The translations under genes were made by a program, and so were the position numbers. DNA of 24,000 nt. It comes from Terriglobales bacterium (GTDB lineage: Bacteria; Acidobacteriota; Terriglobia; Terriglobales; Acidobacteriaceae). Positions 22,391-24,000 of this stretch are shown here, piece by piece. Each line of letters begins with the position of its first letter. Positions within the stretch are counted from its first letter, which is position 1. The notes below the pieces were generated by a model. It was not told the origin of the DNA and did no database searches. It saw only the letters and a list, made by a program, of their open reading frames with translations. The stretch lies in assembly GCA_035601995.1 (NCBI GenBank), contig DATNNE010000047.1, positions 1-24,000 of the forward strand, written 5' to 3'.

Positions 22391-22837
22391 GGCTTCATCC
22401 TCAATAGAAGTTGCAAGAACTCGAAAACGTGATTGTAAATGAGCGCGAAGCCCGGACCACGCGCGCAAGCGCGCCAATATCCTTAATTCGCGCCTTTCAG
22501 ATATTACGATTTCGGAACAATCGGCCAGCGCGAGTACAACAGAGCTAGAAAACGAGTAAACTTTGTTTCATGTCACTGTTGAAGAAAGTCGCGATTGTTA
22601 TGGTGGCGTGGGTCGTTTGTGTGCTGGTCTACCTCGAGTTTTTTGCTAAAGCCCGATGATTCCAAGGGTTTGGCCTGCCTGCGCAGTCTCCTGAGAAGCA
22701 AGAGCGGAGCTCGTTCGAGAATACGAGTGGAGAGGTGGGCCACCACCACGGCTTGCAGGAATCTTTCTGCACACTTGTGTCTGAATGCCCGAGAAATTAG
22801 CTTCTAGTTCATCCGCTGCAACTGAGGGAAGGCACAC

Positions 22838-23194
22838 TTGGAAAACTTACGTTGTCTTCGCTGTAGTCGAGAGATTGAGACTGGGCACAAATCAGTTGCT
22901 GTCTATATGTTTGCGCAGACTGTGGGCATCCGGCCGCGGCAAAAGTCGTCGGCCCGCCGAATCTGTTTCTGCCCGCAGTGCTCGGTTTCTCTGGCCATGG
23001 GGCTTCCGCCGGAGGGCGCCCTCAACCTGGCTGCGTGGGACATGATCCGCAACCTCGTTAGCGCCGACCGTGCGCTCAACGAGGCGGCGTGGGAAAACCT
23101 TCAGGCGGTTGCAGGGTTGCTTCCTCCTGGCGAAGCCGATCGTGACCCTCAGCCGCCGTCGGATGCCTGGGTAAACTTTAGCCGCGCCGGCTAG
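22838..23194 (+). CDS. Hypothetical small protein with a CxxC...CxxC zinc-ribbon-like N-terminus (118 aa)
   Basis: TTG start with GAGGGAAGG upstream. Motifs LRCLRCSRE... and ICFCPQCS. No family recognised. Convergent with metC, 9 nt apart. Confidence 0.4.
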   Translation: MENLRCLRCSREIETGHKSVAVYMFAQTVGIRPRQKSSARRICFCPQCSVSLAMGLPPEGALNLAAWDMIRNLVSADRALNEAAWENLQAVAGLLPPGEADRDPQPPSDAWVNFSRAG

Positions 23195-23203
23195 CGAGCC
23201 CGG

Positions 23204-24000
23204 TCACTTCATCGACTCCAGCGCCTGGGCCAAGTCCGCCTTGAGATCGGCGATGTCTTCCAGCCCGATGTTCAAACGCACGATGCGATGGCCGTAGTCC
23301 GGGCGGTTCTGCGCGGAGTGGAAATCGTAAGCCACTGCCAGGCTGGTGACGCCGGCCCAACTGTATCCGATCTTGAAAAGCTCCAACGAATCCACAAACC
23401 CCAGCACCTGGGGCTTGGTGAATTGTCCCTGGAACACAACGGAGAACAAGCCGGCCGAACCAGTGAAGTCTCGCTTCCAGAATTCGTGTCCCGGACAAGA
23501 GGGAAGCGCGGGATGAAGCACTCGTTCGATCTCGGGTCGCTCGGCGAGCCAGCGCGCCAGCGTGAGAGCAGTTTCCTCGACCGTCTTCAGCCGGACCGCA
23601 AGAGTCTTCATGCCCCGCAGGGCGAGGCTGCAATCGTCCGGCGAAGCGGCACAGCCCACCAGTTGATGGGTTGAGCCGAGGCGTTTGTAAGCGGCTTCGT
23701 CGCGCACGGTAATCGAACCGAGCAGGAGGTCGCTGTGTCCGCCAACGTATTTCGTGAGAGCTTGCATGGTGATGTCTACGCCGTGGGTGAAGGCATCGAA
23801 ATAAATGCCCGCGGACCAGGTGTTGTCGAGCACGGCCAGAGCTCCGATGCGATGGGCAGCTTCGGCAATGGCGGGAACGTCTTGCACCTCCATGGTGATG
23901 GAGCCAGGACTCTCGCACCAGACGAGGCGCGTGTTGTCGCGGAATAGCGTGGCAATTCCGGCTCCAACAGTCGGAGGATAGAAGCTGATCTCAACCCCGA
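23204..24000 (-). CDS. metC: Cystathionine beta-lyase (PLP-dependent Cys/Met family), N-terminus beyond the window
   Basis: The frame stays open upstream of the track Met to nt 24000 (..GVEISFYPPTVGAGIATLFRDNTRLVWCESPGSITMEVQDVPAIAEAAH..). It is closely colinear with E. coli MetC as remembered (ESPGSITMEVHDVPAIV, TKY.VGHSD PLP-lysine motif, HPALP...GHEFWKRDFTGSSGLFS, IRLHIGLED). Confidence 0.9.
   Translation of the reverse strand, partial: GVEISFYPPTVGAGIATLFRDNTRLVWCESPGSITMEVQDVPAIAEAAHRIGALAVLDNTWSAGIYFDAFTHGVDITMQALTKYVGGHSDLLLGSITVRDEAAYKRLGSTHQLVGCAASPDDCSLALRGMKTLAVRLKTVEETALTLARWLAERPEIERVLHPALPSCPGHEFWKRDFTGSAGLFSVVFQGQFTKPQVLGFVDSLELFKIGYSWAGVTSLAVAYDFHSAQNRPDYGHRIVRLNIGLEDIADLKADLAQALESMK

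Noticed and set aside
22570-22659. 29-aa hydrophobic sORF (MSLLKKVAIVMVAWVVCVLVYLEFFAKAR) in the tolC/zinc-ribbon divergent spacer
   Set aside because: It has no SD and is very short, so nothing distinguishes it from chance. It would need Ribo-seq support.
23178-23918. 246-aa minus-strand ORF in an alternative frame of metC
   Set aside because: It shares the strand with metC but is out of frame. The metC frame matches E. coli MetC residue by residue, whereas this frame is Arg/Pro/Gly-rich junk.

Overview
GC-rich bacterial chromosomal segment. The hopanoid-locus organisation and the short intergenic hairpin repeats suggest an Acidobacteriota-like soil bacterium; this is inference, as no marker gene is present. 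The core is a roughly 12-kb co-directional hopanoid supraoperon on the + strand (about 4.4-16.5 kb): ispH-shc-hpnH-orf145-hpnA-hpnG-adh-adh-hpnC-hpnD-hpnE. Most junctions are very short or are overlapping stop/start codons. It faces a convergent minus-strand unit (22.4-18.2 kb) of a TolC-like outer-membrane protein, hpnJ and two half-size EamA membrane proteins. A 1.7-kb more A/T-rich islet sits between the two units and carries a lone AbiGi-like (abortive-infection family) gene. The left 4 kb is accessory-looking: the aqpZ 3' part, an SD-preceded 54-aa membrane sORF, a PadR regulator with a coupled membrane protein, a Phd/YefM-VapC toxin-antitoxin pair with an obvious operator, a PD-(D/E)XK nuclease, and an orphan minus-strand terminator next to about 370 nt with no convincing ORF. 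The right edge has a small zinc-ribbon ORF and a truncated metC. No tRNA, rRNA, CRISPR array, transposase or integrase was found. Most worth follow-up: (i) two polyol-dehydrogenase-like MDR enzymes and a 145-aa unknown embedded in the hopanoid operon, which are candidates for unassigned side-chain steps; (ii) the ArnE/ArnF-like EamA pair behind hpnJ; (iii) a 14-bp x3 tandem repeat that forms a chain of ATGA-coupled 5-codon micro-ORFs between the EamA genes; (iv) the AbiGi-like islet. All family names come from motif recognition by eye, since no searches could be run.
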